NCBI GenBank assembly: GCA_964474695.1
Contig: CAYYTK010000002.1
Coordinates: forward strand, 43,898-107,897
DNA from: an uncultured Anaerolineales bacterium
GTDB lineage: Bacteria; Chloroflexota; Anaerolineae; CG2-30-64-16
DNA: 64,000 nucleotides
Reading direction: 5' to 3'
The notes beneath the pieces are model-generated. The model was not told where the DNA came from, did not search any database, and worked only from the letters and a program-made list of their open reading frames with translations. Below are positions 27,398-37,845 of the stretch, piece after piece. Each line of letters opens with the position of its first letter. Within the stretch, counting starts at the first letter, position 1. The translations under genes were made by a program, and so were the position numbers.

Positions 27398-27426
27398 TTG
27401 CAGTGGATACCAGAATATGATATAAT
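27398..27426 (+). promoter_or_regulatory. Putative promoter with extended -10 for the LysM gene
   Basis: TTGCAG (27398-27403), 17 nt including TG at 27418-27419, then TATAAT (27421-27426). Confidence 0.5.
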
Positions 27427-27521
27427 CTTTCCTGGACGCGCGCGAACCAACGATGTCACTGAACAAAGTGCAGTGCTGCATGGCGGCCCGATCATGACGA
27501 TCGGAGCCAAGGGGATGTGCT

Positions 27522-28097
27522 ATGAATAACCATCTGGCCGGCATCAATCTGCTGATCATAGTCATTCTCTTAGGGCTATCCTCCACCCTGGCGCCGAGTC
27601 GCGCCTCCGCTCATAGCGCAGTGCAAAGCGCCGCATCAGCAAGCTGCGGCCCTTCCTATGTGGTCCGTTCAGGCGACACCCTTTCGGGGATTGCGCGGCG
27701 CTGCGGCGTTTCAGCCTCCACCCTGGCGCAAGCCAACGGACTGAGCCTCAGCTCAGTGATCTATCCCGGTCAACGGTTGGCAGTGCCCGGCACTTCGAGC
27801 TATTCATCCGGCGCCACAAGCTCATCGAGCTCGACAGGTTGTCCAGCAAGCTACACAGTGCGCTCTGGCGACACTCTCGGCAGCATTGCCAGACGTTGCG
27901 GCGTTTCCGTGGCCAGCCTAAAGCAGTGGAACGGCCTCCAATCAAGCACGATTCGTCCCGGCCAGGTCCTCATTACCCGTGCAACACGATCATCAGCCAG
28001 AACCACAAGCCCGTCCTACTCGGCCACGCCGATAGCCGATCAGGCAACGGCGCCTACGCCCACGCCTTCCATCGAGTCACCTGTCTATCCGTGGTAG
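27522..28097 (+). CDS. Secreted protein with two LysM peptidoglycan-binding domains
   Basis: Signal peptide, then YVVRSGDTLSGIARRCGVSASTLAQANGL and YTVRSGDTLGSIARRCGVSVASLKQWNGL. Confidence 0.85.
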   Translation: MNNHLAGINLLIIVILLGLSSTLAPSRASAHSAVQSAASASCGPSYVVRSGDTLSGIARRCGVSASTLAQANGLSLSSVIYPGQRLAVPGTSSYSSGATSSSSSTGCPASYTVRSGDTLGSIARRCGVSVASLKQWNGLQSSTIRPGQVLITRATRSSARTTSPSYSATPIADQATAPTPTPSIESPVYPW

Positions 28098-28133
28098 ATT
28101 ATAGCGCACAATCGCCAGAAATGCAAGCACCAA

Positions 28134-30863
28134 TTATTGGACAATTTCGACGCGCTCCAATGCCAGCGCAGCCTCCGGCGCGCTCACCGGAAGTCCGGCT
28201 GACACCTGAACGGCGACAACGCCGCCGACCGCCTCAGCAGCAGCGCCTGGCGTCCCACCCACCTGGCCGATGAAAGCATGCCCCCAACGGAATCGGCCGC
28301 GCAGGTCGACGGCCACGCCTAAGCGAGCCAGGGCGGCAACACCCTCCTCCGTCAATTGGGCGGTCCCCTCATCTCGCACTGCACCGGCAACCGCTGCGCC
28401 AGCAGGTAACGCGGCCACCCAACGCGCCAACCCGGCGCTGGCCGCCGGATCGCCATGCGTATCGAAACTGGCCGCGGCCAACACCGTGCCGGTGACCGAA
28501 TCAAAAGCTACCAGGTTATAGCCGCGTTGGTTGAGCGAACGATCAACCCCATCGATGTAGATATGAGCGAAGTCGCCGGTCTCTTGTCCCGCGCTGCGCA
28601 CCAACACTCCGGCCACACCCACCCGACCGAGTTGCCGGGCTAACTCGGTCACAGATGTCGTCAACGTAAAACGCAAGCGCACATCACTGAGAGGTGGCCG
28701 CGCCGGATCGGCCGGGATGGCGAATTCAAGCTGCCGCGCCCCCTGGGGCCAGGGCTGCTCGCCGATCGCTCGGCCATCGACAAGCAATGTCACGCGCTGA
28801 CCGGCCGCAAGCGATTGCCCATCGAAGCGTACTGTCGTCGCGCCCGACGGCAAAGGCAACAGAAGCCGGGCCTCGCGACGCTGCGCATACACAGTTGTTG
28901 GGTGCGCGCCGCCGGCCGGGGGACTCCATCCTTCGCCCAGGATAGCGCGCCCCTGATCCGTGCCAGGAAAGAAAACGCTCGACGGCGCCAGCGGCTCAGC
29001 AACACGATAGAGGACCAGGTCGCCTTCTTCGGCCACCGTCGTCACCGGCAGAAGCTGGCGCAGCAGCGTCTCGGCCTGAGCCGGCAGCTTATCCCGGTGC
29101 ACCATGACATAGCGAATATCAAAGAAAGCGGCCCATGCACGGGCCGCGGCCGCGTCGTCGTCGGTCACCGGCAAGGCCGCCAATGCGGCACGTAAGGCAT
29201 CGTGCTGGGGCAGGTCGGCGGCGTTTGTCAGGGCGATCAGGCGCGCCAGCGTAGGATTTTCGCTGAAGTACTGGAATTTAACCTCCGGATTACGTGAGGT
29301 ATTACCTCCCAAAAGGCGTTTGCCGTGGCGGGCCTGGTACCAAAGCTGCTGCATAATCAGGATATCCTGCTTGCCGGCCACGCGCGCGCCGTTGCGCCAG
29401 CCTAAGGGCAACTCCAGCAGGGCAAAATCTTCCGGCTCTGCTGCAACAATGTCATAGAGCGCCGGGACCTTTCCCAGGTTCGATGTCGGCAGAGGCAGCG
29501 ATAGATGTTCAAACGTCAACAAGGCAAGCGTGAACGCGAAGCAACCCAAGGCGTAGCCCGACAACTGGAAGCCGTCCCCGCTTTTGCGAGGCCGGCCCAC
29601 GCTGCCCAGCAGCCGCTGCATCCCCAATGCCACCAACGGCGCCAGGCTGGCCAAAAGCATGACGCTGTAACGGCTGGGGTAGCGGTTGCCCTTAAAGAAC
29701 GGCAACTGCTCCATCAGCCGAAACGGCAAGGGAAAGCCGGTGTCGACGCCGGCAATACGCAGGCTGGGGCCCAAGGTCAGCAAAAGGAAGAGCAATGCTG
29801 CCGTCGCCCAAAACCAACTTCCCCCCCAACGTCGTCCGTGCCACATGCCGACAACGGCCAGTAGCACTGCCACGTAGCCAAGGTAAATATGCTGTCCTTT
29901 GTTCACCGCGAATTCCCGACCGGCCGCCTGCGGGGATGCATCGCCGGCCCACCCGCGAATCACATCTCCCAGGAGCGGATGAAGCTGTGTCGGCACGGCA
30001 TAGCCGGCCAGATCGGCCGAGAACACATCGGCAAACCCGCCGCCAGACGTGAAAAAGTCCCCTTCAGCCCGCAAATCGGGGAGCATGTTGGCCAGGACCG
30101 GTGCGATCCCGACGGCAAAAAGCACCCCCAACAGCACAAAACGAACAATCCATGGAAGCGCCTTGGCCCCAGAAAACAATCTCCAAAGCACTACCAATCC
30201 GATGAAGACCAGCAGAAAAGACGCATAGGTCAACTCCGCGTAAGCCTGAAGAAGCAGAAACAGCGCCGCCAGCACAGCATCACGCGGCCGGCCTTCCGTG
30301 CGCGCGGCGCGAAGCACATAGAGCATCGCGAAGGGGATCCACTGCGAGCTGGCGATATTCCCTTGCCCCAGCGCCGCGTAAAACATCTTGGCCGAAGCAA
30401 ACGCATAAAGCGCACCGCCGAGAAAGGCCGGCAAAAAGACAAGCAAGTCAGGAGGCCTGGCAGGCCCCCGCCCCCCCTTACTTCCCGGTTTCCAGGCGCC
30501 CAGGACCTCCACACACAGCAGGTAGGCCCCAAAACCGCTGAGGACAAAGGATGAGAGGAGCAGAGTATTGTAGGCTGGAATAATGCCAAAGATGGCCTGG
30601 AGCGGCACGCTCAGCAAGCCGTTGAGGATGGTGAGGGTGTAGAACGCAAGGTTGATGCCGATGGGCCAAAACTGCCAGTTGCATGCAAAAGGATTCTGCA
30701 ACTGATCCACCAGGGAATGCTTGACCCACCACAAGTTCCACGCCAGCGCTGGATCGTCGATGCCGTCGCCGGGAACGTGTGTGGCAAACTGCGCTGCCAG
30801 CGGCCATGTAAGCACAAGGCTCAGGAATAGATAGGCCAACAAGACCCAGATATGTCTGCGCAC
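28134..30863 (-). CDS. Large polytopic membrane protein (GT-C/YfhO-like N-terminal half) with a C-terminal ILEI/PANDER-like domain
   Basis: N-terminus WPLAAQFATHVPGDGIDDPALAWNLWWVKH, followed by more than 10 TM segments. The C-terminus (HIYIDGVDRSLNQRGYNLVAFDSVTGTVLAAASFDTHGD...AVRDEGTAQLTEEGVAALARLG) fits the ILEI pattern (FDT...DE...L...LG). GTG start with a GAGG RBS. Confidence 0.7.
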   Translation of the reverse strand: MRRHIWVLLAYLFLSLVLTWPLAAQFATHVPGDGIDDPALAWNLWWVKHSLVDQLQNPFACNWQFWPIGINLAFYTLTILNGLLSVPLQAIFGIIPAYNTLLLSSFVLSGFGAYLLCVEVLGAWKPGSKGGRGPARPPDLLVFLPAFLGGALYAFASAKMFYAALGQGNIASSQWIPFAMLYVLRAARTEGRPRDAVLAALFLLLQAYAELTYASFLLVFIGLVVLWRLFSGAKALPWIVRFVLLGVLFAVGIAPVLANMLPDLRAEGDFFTSGGGFADVFSADLAGYAVPTQLHPLLGDVIRGWAGDASPQAAGREFAVNKGQHIYLGYVAVLLAVVGMWHGRRWGGSWFWATAALLFLLLTLGPSLRIAGVDTGFPLPFRLMEQLPFFKGNRYPSRYSVMLLASLAPLVALGMQRLLGSVGRPRKSGDGFQLSGYALGCFAFTLALLTFEHLSLPLPTSNLGKVPALYDIVAAEPEDFALLELPLGWRNGARVAGKQDILIMQQLWYQARHGKRLLGGNTSRNPEVKFQYFSENPTLARLIALTNAADLPQHDALRAALAALPVTDDDAAAARAWAAFFDIRYVMVHRDKLPAQAETLLRQLLPVTTVAEEGDLVLYRVAEPLAPSSVFFPGTDQGRAILGEGWSPPAGGAHPTTVYAQRREARLLLPLPSGATTVRFDGQSLAAGQRVTLLVDGRAIGEQPWPQGARQLEFAIPADPARPPLSDVRLRFTLTTSVTELARQLGRVGVAGVLVRSAGQETGDFAHIYIDGVDRSLNQRGYNLVAFDSVTGTVLAAASFDTHGDPAASAGLARWVAALPAGAAVAGAVRDEGTAQLTEEGVAALARLGVAVDLRGRFRWGHAFIGQVGGTPGAAAEAVGGVVAVQVSAGLPVSAPEAALALERVEIVQ

Positions 30864-30938
30864 CCTAACCTCAGCAAGTTGGTGTGGCCGATATCATCCG
30901 CTGGATTATGCCACCGCCGGCACGAATCAGCAAGCCGT

Positions 30939-30967
30939 TTGTGTTTTGCCTCTCGTTGCGCTAAAAT
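30939..30967 (+). promoter_or_regulatory. Putative promoter for folC
   Basis: TTGTGT (30939-30944), 17 nt, then TAAAAT (30962-30967). Confidence 0.45.
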
Positions 30968-31017
30968 GACGACTCTGGATAAACTAAACCGATCATCCAG
31001 CCGCATGGAGCGTTGAT

Positions 31018-32472
31018 ATGGGTCGTTACCAGGATGCCCTGGAGTACATTTTCAATTACGTAAATTACGAGAAAAAGGCGCGCTATCCTTACGATGCAGT
31101 GACTTTCGACCTCAGCCGGATGGAGCACTTGCTCGAGAAGCTGGGACGCCCCCATGAGCGTTTTCGCTGTGTCCATATCGCCGGCACCAAAGGTAAAGGC
31201 TCGACCTCGGCAATGGTTGAGTCAGTGCTGCAGGCGGCCGGCTACAAGACGGGCCTTTACACCTCGCCGCACCTGCACACCTTCAGGGAACGAATTCGCC
31301 TGAACGGCGGCCTGATGAGCAAAGCCGAGTTGGTCGATCTGCTGGAATACTGCAAACCAGCCATCGAAGCAACCCCCGACATTACGGCTTTCGAGATCAT
31401 GACAGCGCTGGCATTTGAGTTCTTCGCTCAAAACGGGGTCGATTGGGCGGTGTTGGAGGTCGGTCTCGGCGGTCGCCTGGATGCCACCAACGTGGTGCAC
31501 CCCACTGTCTGTGCCATCACCAGCCTGAGCTATGATCATGTGGAGCTGCTGGGTCACACCTTATCCCTCATCGCGTTCGAAAAGGCCGGCATTATCAAGC
31601 CGGGTGTGCCGGTCGTCAGCGCACCGCAAGAGCCGGAAGCGATGGCCGTCATTCAGCGGGTCTGTGCCGACACGAAAGCGCGGTTAGTTGTCGTGGGACA
31701 GGATTGGACATACGAACAAGGCGATGCGCCTGGCTTGCCATACGATCTGACAGGCCAAACCCTGACCGTGCGCGGGCCTGGGGATGAGCCGCTGCTGAGA
31801 AACCTGCATCTGTCGCTCTTGGGCCGGCACCAACGCGATAATGCGACCACAGCGATCGCCATCCTGCAGGAATTGCGCAACCAGGGCATCCACATCCCCG
31901 ATGAAGCGCTGCGAACCGGCCTGGCGGCTGCACGTTGGCCGGGACGCTTTGAGATATTGCAGTGCGATGCCAGGTCGCAGCATTGCCCGACCTTGGTGGT
32001 CGATAGCGCCCACAACGAGAATTCCGCGCAAAAACTGCGCGCGGCGCTGGCTGACTATTTTCCGCGTCCGCCCAGGCGACAGTTGGCCGTGATTTTCGGC
32101 GCGTCATCCGACAAAGATATCATCGGCATGCTGAAGACGTTCCTGGAGCCTGTAGCCAGCACCGGCTACCGGCCGGCTGACAAGGTCATCGTCACCAAGA
32201 GCGGTCACCCGCGCTCAGCCGAGCCGGCGCAGCTTGCCGACCTGGTGCGCAGCGTCAACGCGACCTGCCCCATCAGTGTCCACACCAATCTCAACGCGGC
32301 GTTTACCGAGGCGCTGGCCTGGGCCGGACCGGATGATCTCATCTGCGTGACAGGATCGATCTTTGTGGTGGCCCAAGCGCGGCGCGCCTGGGCTGCGCGC
32401 CACCCTGATGCATTTGCCCCAGACGACTGGGTTTTCGAAGATGAGACGGCGGGAACGCCGGTACCGGACTGA
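31018..32472 (+). CDS. folC: Bifunctional folylpolyglutamate synthase / dihydrofolate synthase
   Basis: Mur-ligase P-loop HIAGTKGKGST, plus YTSPHL, EVGLGGRLDATN and DSAHN. Confidence 0.9.
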   Translation: MGRYQDALEYIFNYVNYEKKARYPYDAVTFDLSRMEHLLEKLGRPHERFRCVHIAGTKGKGSTSAMVESVLQAAGYKTGLYTSPHLHTFRERIRLNGGLMSKAELVDLLEYCKPAIEATPDITAFEIMTALAFEFFAQNGVDWAVLEVGLGGRLDATNVVHPTVCAITSLSYDHVELLGHTLSLIAFEKAGIIKPGVPVVSAPQEPEAMAVIQRVCADTKARLVVVGQDWTYEQGDAPGLPYDLTGQTLTVRGPGDEPLLRNLHLSLLGRHQRDNATTAIAILQELRNQGIHIPDEALRTGLAAARWPGRFEILQCDARSQHCPTLVVDSAHNENSAQKLRAALADYFPRPPRRQLAVIFGASSDKDIIGMLKTFLEPVASTGYRPADKVIVTKSGHPRSAEPAQLADLVRSVNATCPISVHTNLNAAFTEALAWAGPDDLICVTGSIFVVAQARRAWAARHPDAFAPDDWVFEDETAGTPVPD

Positions 32473-32500
32473 GACGACACCGGATTGTGGTGGAGGAATC

Positions 32501-35065
32501 TTGAGCGAGTTGGATGGTGGACCAGGACCACGCATCGGGCCTGAGTGGCCCCTGGTGAATATGCTGGCGCGACGCCGGACGGGCCGCACCTACGGTGAAG
32601 TGCGCCGTCCCCACGGCCATGACCTGGAAGGGCTAGAAGGCAACGAGTATCCCGTCTTGCCTCTGCCTGATACGGTGGTCTTTCCAAACCTGGTTACGCC
32701 CCTGTTCTTGGGACGCGATCGGTCCTCGCGCGCGGTTGAAGCCGCCGAGGCGATGGAGGTGCCGCTGCTGGTGGTCGCGCAACGGGACACCGAGCTGATC
32801 GACCCCGGCCTGACTGACCTCTACACCATCGGCACCGCGGTAGAGGTGGGCCGGGTATTGCGGATGCCCGATGGCAGCACAACGGTGTTGGTGCAGGGCC
32901 TGGAGCGCGTGCGCATCATCGAACTGGTGGATTCCGAGCCATACCTGCGCGTGCGTGGGGTGCCGCTCTACGAGGACGAACGCCATGATATGGCCAGCGA
33001 AGCGCTGATGCGCGCGGTGCTGGCACTCTTCGAGAAAGTGGTCGGCCTCAATCCTAACTTGCCCGATGACGCGTACGTGGCGGCCATGAACGAGCATGAA
33101 CCTGGCAGCCTGGCCGACCTGCTGGCTCACATCCTGGATCTGGAAGTCGCACAACGCCAGGAACTCCTGGAGACGCTGGACGCCAACCAGCGGCTGCAAC
33201 GTCTGAGCATTATCCTGGGGCAAGAGCTGGATGTGCTGGAGCTGGAGGATCGCATCCAAACCCAGGTGCAGCAGGAGGTCGACAAATCTCAGCGCGAGTA
33301 TTACCTGCGTGAGCAGATGCGCGCCATCCAGACCGAGCTAGGCGAGGGGGACGAGGCTCAACACGAGATCGCAGAGCTGCGACAAAAGCTGGCCAAGGCG
33401 CAGCCGTCTGAAGCGGTATACGCCAAGGTCGAGAAGGAGATCGGGAAACTGGCAGCCATGCCGCCGGCCTCGCCCGAAACGACCGTCATCCGCAACTATG
33501 TGGACTGGCTGCTGGAACTGCCGTGGCACACAGCCACTGAGGACAATCTGGACGTGCCCCGCGCAGCCAAAGTCCTGGAAGACAACCATTACGGGTTGCC
33601 TAAGGTAAAAGAACGGATCCTGGAACACATCGCCGTGCGCAAGCTGGCCCAAGAGAAGATGAAAAGCCCGATCCTGTGCTTCGTGGGCCCACCCGGCACC
33701 GGAAAAACCAGCCTGGGCAAATCGATTGCCGAGGCGCTGGGGCGGAAGTTCGTCCGATTGAGCCTGGGCGGTGTGCGCGATGAGGCCGAAATCCGAGGTC
33801 ACCGCCGCACCTACATCGGTTCCTTGCCGGGCCGCATTGTCCAAACCATGCACACGGCCGGGACGATCAATCCGCTCTTCATGTTGGACGAAATCGATAA
33901 GCTGGGCATGGATTTCCGGGGCGATCCGTCATCCGCGCTGTTGGAGGTGCTGGATCCGGAACAGAACCACGCGTTCAGCGATCACTACCTCGAGGTGCCG
34001 TACGACCTGAGCAAGGTCATGTTCATCACCACCGCCAACTACCTTGACCCTGTGCCGCCGGCATTGCGCGACCGCCTTGAGGTGATCGAATTCCCGGGTT
34101 ACATCGAAGAAGAGAAACTGGCCATCGCACGCCAGTTCCTGGTGCCGCGCCAACTCGAGGCACACGGCCTGATCCCCAGGCAGATTCAATTCAGCACGGC
34201 CGCCCTGCGCTCGATGATTCGGGAGTACACCTATGAGGCAGGAGTGCGCAATCTGGAGCGCGCGATCGCCAACATCTGCCGCAAGGTGGCCCGCCGCATC
34301 GCTGAGGGCAAGCGAGCGCCGCACAGCATCACGCCTGCCCTCGTCAACAAATTCCTGGGGCCGCCGGAGTTCAGCGAATGGCTGGGCAACGAACAGGATG
34401 AGATCGGCGTGGCGAACGGCCTGGCATGGAGCGAAGCGGGCGGCGACGTGATGCAGGTTGAGGTTTCGGCGATGGAAGGCAAGGGTGCGCTGACCTTGAC
34501 CGGACAGATCGGTGAGGTGATGCAGGAATCGGCGCAGGCAGCCCTGACGTATGCCCGCTCGCATGCGCCTGAATTCGGCCTGGGCCAGATTGACTTCGAC
34601 AAGATCGACCTGCACATCCATGTGCCCGAGGGCGCCATCCCCAAGGACGGGCCCAGCGCAGGCGTCACCATGGCCACGGCGCTGATTTCAGCGTTGAGCG
34701 AACGGCCCATCCGCCACGATGTCGCCATGACGGGTGAAATCACTTTGCGCGGCCGCGTGCTGCCCATCGGTGGACTCAAGGAAAAGCTGATGGCCGCACA
34801 CCGCATGCACTTGAAGGTGGTGCTGATCCCTAAGCGCAATCAGAAGGACTTGATTGATGTGCCGCGCCAGGTGCAGCGCGAATTGGATGTCGTCCTGGTA
34901 GAGCGAATGGATGAGATCTTGCCGCGCGCATTGTTGGCGCCGCAACCTGGCCAGCCCAAGCCCCGCGTCACCCGGAAGGGGCGCACGCGCGCCAAGACCG
35001 AGGTCAAGCCTGAGGCTGAGGTTGTAGCATCCGCCTCTGCTGCACCGGCTCCGGCAGCCGACTGA
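32501..35065 (+). CDS. lon: ATP-dependent Lon protease (LonA)
   Basis: LON N-domain ([13 protein letters not shown]), Walker [14 protein letters not shown], and catalytic Ser motif [15 protein letters not shown]. Start chosen at TTG 32501, which has GGAGG 4 nt upstream. The ATG at 32561 is an alternative. The track start at 32363 would overlap folC by 110 nt. Confidence 0.9.
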   Translation: MSELDGGPGPRIGPEWPLVNMLARRRTGRTYGEVRRPHGHDLEGLEGNEYPVLPLPDTVVFPNLVTPLFLGRDRSSRAVEAAEAMEVPLLVVAQRDTELIDPGLTDLYTIGTAVEVGRVLRMPDGSTTVLVQGLERVRIIELVDSEPYLRVRGVPLYEDERHDMASEALMRAVLALFEKVVGLNPNLPDDAYVAAMNEHEPGSLADLLAHILDLEVAQRQELLETLDANQRLQRLSIILGQELDVLELEDRIQTQVQQEVDKSQREYYLREQMRAIQTELGEGDEAQHEIAELRQKLAKAQPSEAVYAKVEKEIGKLAAMPPASPETTVIRNYVDWLLELPWHTATEDNLDVPRAAKVLEDNHYGLPKVKERILEHIAVRKLAQEKMKSPILCFVGPPGTGKTSLGKSIAEALGRKFVRLSLGGVRDEAEIRGHRRTYIGSLPGRIVQTMHTAGTINPLFMLDEIDKLGMDFRGDPSSALLEVLDPEQNHAFSDHYLEVPYDLSKVMFITTANYLDPVPPALRDRLEVIEFPGYIEEEKLAIARQFLVPRQLEAHGLIPRQIQFSTAALRSMIREYTYEAGVRNLERAIANICRKVARRIAEGKRAPHSITPALVNKFLGPPEFSEWLGNEQDEIGVANGLAWSEAGGDVMQVEVSAMEGKGALTLTGQIGEVMQESAQAALTYARSHAPEFGLGQIDFDKIDLHIHVPEGAIPKDGPSAGVTMATALISALSERPIRHDVAMTGEITLRGRVLPIGGLKEKLMAAHRMHLKVVLIPKRNQKDLIDVPRQVQRELDVVLVERMDEILPRALLAPQPGQPKPRVTRKGRTRAKTEVKPEAEVVASASAAPAPAAD

Positions 35066-35138
35066 GAGGCAGGTCAGGCATGTGGCCTGAGGTGTCGTGC
35101 CAGGTTAGCAACTTGCACCGCGTATCGGAGCATCGCTG

Positions 35139-36353
35139 ATGATCAAGAATCGTGGCTTCCTGATCGCCGTTATCCTGCTGGCTGCTTTGGCGATCCTTCT
35201 GCTTTTGGGCCGTGATGGAACATCGTTCAAACTGTTCCGGCCGAAAGTAGCGGAGCTGCCGCAGTACCTGGCCGACGTCGTCCCGGATGATTGGGACCCC
35301 ATCCTGGGCAAACAACAGGAATGCAACTTCGACGATGATGGTGACCTGGAATGGCTCGTTGTCTATCGCTACGACAACACCTTGGTGCAGGCGCCCTACC
35401 GGGCGGATGGGGCGACTATCAAGCGCGGCCCGATCGGCGCGGCTGTGTTCGACAGACAGACAAACGTCGTGCCTGAAGGGCAGGGCAACGAGAGCCCCTA
35501 TCGCCCCACGATGCTGATCCCGTACCGGCTGTTGCCCGACTTCTATTCAGGCAAAGGCCTTGGCTACCTGAGCGAAACCGGCGCCTCCGACGTCGAGATC
35601 ATCTATCATCCGCCCATTTCTACCAAGGGCGTCTGCAAGGTTGCCGAAATCAGCATCCTCGGCTATGCCGACAGCCAACTCCCTACGCGGCTATCCATCT
35701 TCCGCTGGGAAAGCCGTGCGACAGGCTTCCGAGCCAAGCACTTCGTCGGCAACGCACGTATCGCCGCTCCGATCAAGACGGACGGTTCGCAGACGATCGA
35801 GACGGTAACAACCTACAATCGGTTGGAGAACCACCGCAGCCTGTTATGCGAGTCACGCACCTATCGCCGCACAGGGGAAGCAGCAGCCCTGAACTTCGAC
35901 GAGGATCCGTCGGCCTACACCATCGACTTCTGCTACAACGCGCCGCCTGACCCCACCTATCCGGAAGGGGTTGTCGTTGCATTGCTGCGAAACAGCAAGC
36001 CCACCGCCCGCCAGGGAACGGCTCCGACACCGCCAACGAACGGATTCCTGATCGCCAAAGCAGATACGTCTGCGGTCGGCAGCAAGGCGGCCGAAGGCAT
36101 CCGGATACTCTCGGTCACTCATCCCGCCAGCGTCAGCACCGATCCGGCCGGAGGGCGGCCCTGCACACCGGATCAGGTGACAGCGACTGAGCAGGTTTGG
36201 ATCTGCGGTCGCGAAAGCGCGGTGGTCGAGACGGAGATTATGCTCGATGGAGAAATCCGCCGAGCCGTCTGGCAGCTCATCAGCCTGGTGCCGGATCAAA
36301 TCGATGCAGATGTTCACTGGCGCGTGCAAAGCGTGACCTTACCTGAAGGATAG
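35139..36353 (+). CDS. Hypothetical membrane-anchored protein
   Basis: N-terminal TM anchor (FLIAVILLAALAILLLL). GC3-rich codon usage runs through the ORF. I recognised no motif. Confidence 0.6.
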   Translation: MIKNRGFLIAVILLAALAILLLLGRDGTSFKLFRPKVAELPQYLADVVPDDWDPILGKQQECNFDDDGDLEWLVVYRYDNTLVQAPYRADGATIKRGPIGAAVFDRQTNVVPEGQGNESPYRPTMLIPYRLLPDFYSGKGLGYLSETGASDVEIIYHPPISTKGVCKVAEISILGYADSQLPTRLSIFRWESRATGFRAKHFVGNARIAAPIKTDGSQTIETVTTYNRLENHRSLLCESRTYRRTGEAAALNFDEDPSAYTIDFCYNAPPDPTYPEGVVVALLRNSKPTARQGTAPTPPTNGFLIAKADTSAVGSKAAEGIRILSVTHPASVSTDPAGGRPCTPDQVTATEQVWICGRESAVVETEIMLDGEIRRAVWQLISLVPDQIDADVHWRVQSVTLPEG

Positions 36354-36364
36354 GACGCAGATCG

Positions 36365-37798
36365 ATGGTTATGGCGCCACCGTCTTGGACACCTGATAGT
36401 GTTCGCCAACTCTTGGCCAACAACTCCGGCGAGCGTGTTGCCTACGCGCCGGGCAGCGTCACCCCGTCCCGGCTGGCCGAAACGTTGGTGGCGCTGGCAA
36501 ACGCGCACGGCGGGATTGTCATACTGGGTGTCGGTCCAAACGGCAAGCTGCAGGGTGTGGCCGATCACGATGCAGCGATGGCCACCGTGCAAGCGGCCGG
36601 CCTGCTGTCCACCCCGCCGCTCATCTTGCCTCGTCCTCATCGCGTCGCCCTCGACGACAAGATTGTCTGCATTACGGAAGTTCCTCCGGGCCTGCCGCAT
36701 GCGTACAGCCTCAACGGCCGCTATCTCTCGCGGACGGGCGCACACAACCGTCTTTTGAGCAGTGCTGAACTGGCCGCTCTGCTGCTGGCCAGGGATGAAG
36801 CAGGGTTCGAATCACGCCCTGCGGCCGATGCCACCCTGGCCGATCTCGATGCGGCCCAGGTGGCGTCCTATCTGGCTGCTCTCGGTGTCCCGGCCGGCGA
36901 GGAATGGCAGCGCACCCTGTTGGCCCGTGGGGGCCTGGTGGGGGTGGCGGGGGTGGCACGGTCGGAGACCGGCCACAGCACCGAGGATGGCCTGTTGCCC
37001 ACCTACGCAGGGGTGCTCCTATTTGGCCGCCAGCCCCAACGCTTCCTGCGCAATGCCCAGTTGAGCTTAGTGCGCTATGCCGGGGCGACCATGGGGGATG
37101 AGTTTCTGCGCCAGGATGCCACCGGCGCCCTGCCTGAACAGATCCGCCAAGCCGAAGCGTTCGTTGCCGCTAATATGCGGCGCGGCATGCGGCTCAGCGG
37201 CTTTACCCGCCAGGAAACGACCGAATACCCATTGCCCGTGGTGCGCGAGGCCATCGTCAATGCCGTGGCGCACCGTGACTACGCGATCCGCGGCGACAAC
37301 ATCCGAGTGCTGATGTTCAGCGATCGGTTAGAAGTTTACAGCCCCGGCCGCCTGCCGGGACACGTGACCCTGGAAAACCTGCTGGTGGAACGATTTTCGC
37401 GCAACGAAGCGATCGTGCAAGCCCTGTCTGACCTGGGCTTCGTGGAGCGGCTGGGGTACGGTATTGATCGCATGGTGGCGGCAATGGCCGAGGCAGGGTT
37501 GCCCGCACCAACCTTCGAGGAGACAGTCGCCGGGTTCAAGGTGACACTGCGCGGCCGGGGAGACGACCTGGTGAGCGCGGAGCCGGCCCCGCGCTGGGGC
37601 AACCGCCGGCTGAATCCCCGTCAGGAACGCGCCCTGGCCCACCTGGCTGAGCACGGCGCCATCACCAACCGTGAGTTCCGCGAGCTCTTTCCTGACCTCA
37701 GCGATGAAACGATCCGCCGCGAGCTGGCCGATATGGTGGATCAGGGGCTGATCATTAAGGTGGGAGATCGCAAGGCCACCTACTATATCTTGAAGTAA
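36365..37798 (+). CDS. COG2865-type putative regulator: AlbA_2/Schlafen-like DNA-binding domain, HATPase_c_4-like domain and C-terminal winged helix
   Basis: LAETLVALANAHGGIVILGV (AlbA_2-type), REAIVNAVAHRDY (HATPase_c_4-type), and a C-terminal wHTH (ITNREFRELFPDLSDETIRRELADMVDQGLI). Confidence 0.8.
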   Translation: MVMAPPSWTPDSVRQLLANNSGERVAYAPGSVTPSRLAETLVALANAHGGIVILGVGPNGKLQGVADHDAAMATVQAAGLLSTPPLILPRPHRVALDDKIVCITEVPPGLPHAYSLNGRYLSRTGAHNRLLSSAELAALLLARDEAGFESRPAADATLADLDAAQVASYLAALGVPAGEEWQRTLLARGGLVGVAGVARSETGHSTEDGLLPTYAGVLLFGRQPQRFLRNAQLSLVRYAGATMGDEFLRQDATGALPEQIRQAEAFVAANMRRGMRLSGFTRQETTEYPLPVVREAIVNAVAHRDYAIRGDNIRVLMFSDRLEVYSPGRLPGHVTLENLLVERFSRNEAIVQALSDLGFVERLGYGIDRMVAAMAEAGLPAPTFEETVAGFKVTLRGRGDDLVSAEPAPRWGNRRLNPRQERALAHLAEHGAITNREFRELFPDLSDETIRRELADMVDQGLIIKVGDRKATYYILK

Positions 37799-37845
37799 GC
37801 GCGTTCCGACGCGCGCCAAAGCTGGATTATCTGGCAGTTGTCACC

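Noticed and set aside
32363-32500. Track start of lon at 32363, overlapping folC by 110 nt
   Set aside because: The extra residues are not Lon-like and sit inside folC. TTG 32501 with GGAGG (or ATG 32561) gives a normal arrangement. Over-long track N-termini were trimmed on the same logic for the HAD gene (45837), ridA (59253), hypA (60172), pepF (42604), mfd (51176) and the OppB-like permease (57610).
36926-36957. G-rich tract (GGGGG..GGGGG..GGGGG with GG runs) inside the COG2865 gene as a G-quadruplex or further heptamer array
   Set aside because: Only three runs of three or more G are present, so it is not a canonical four-run G4. The periodicity is not clean, and the encoded GLVGVAGVA could simply be a Gly/Val-rich linker.
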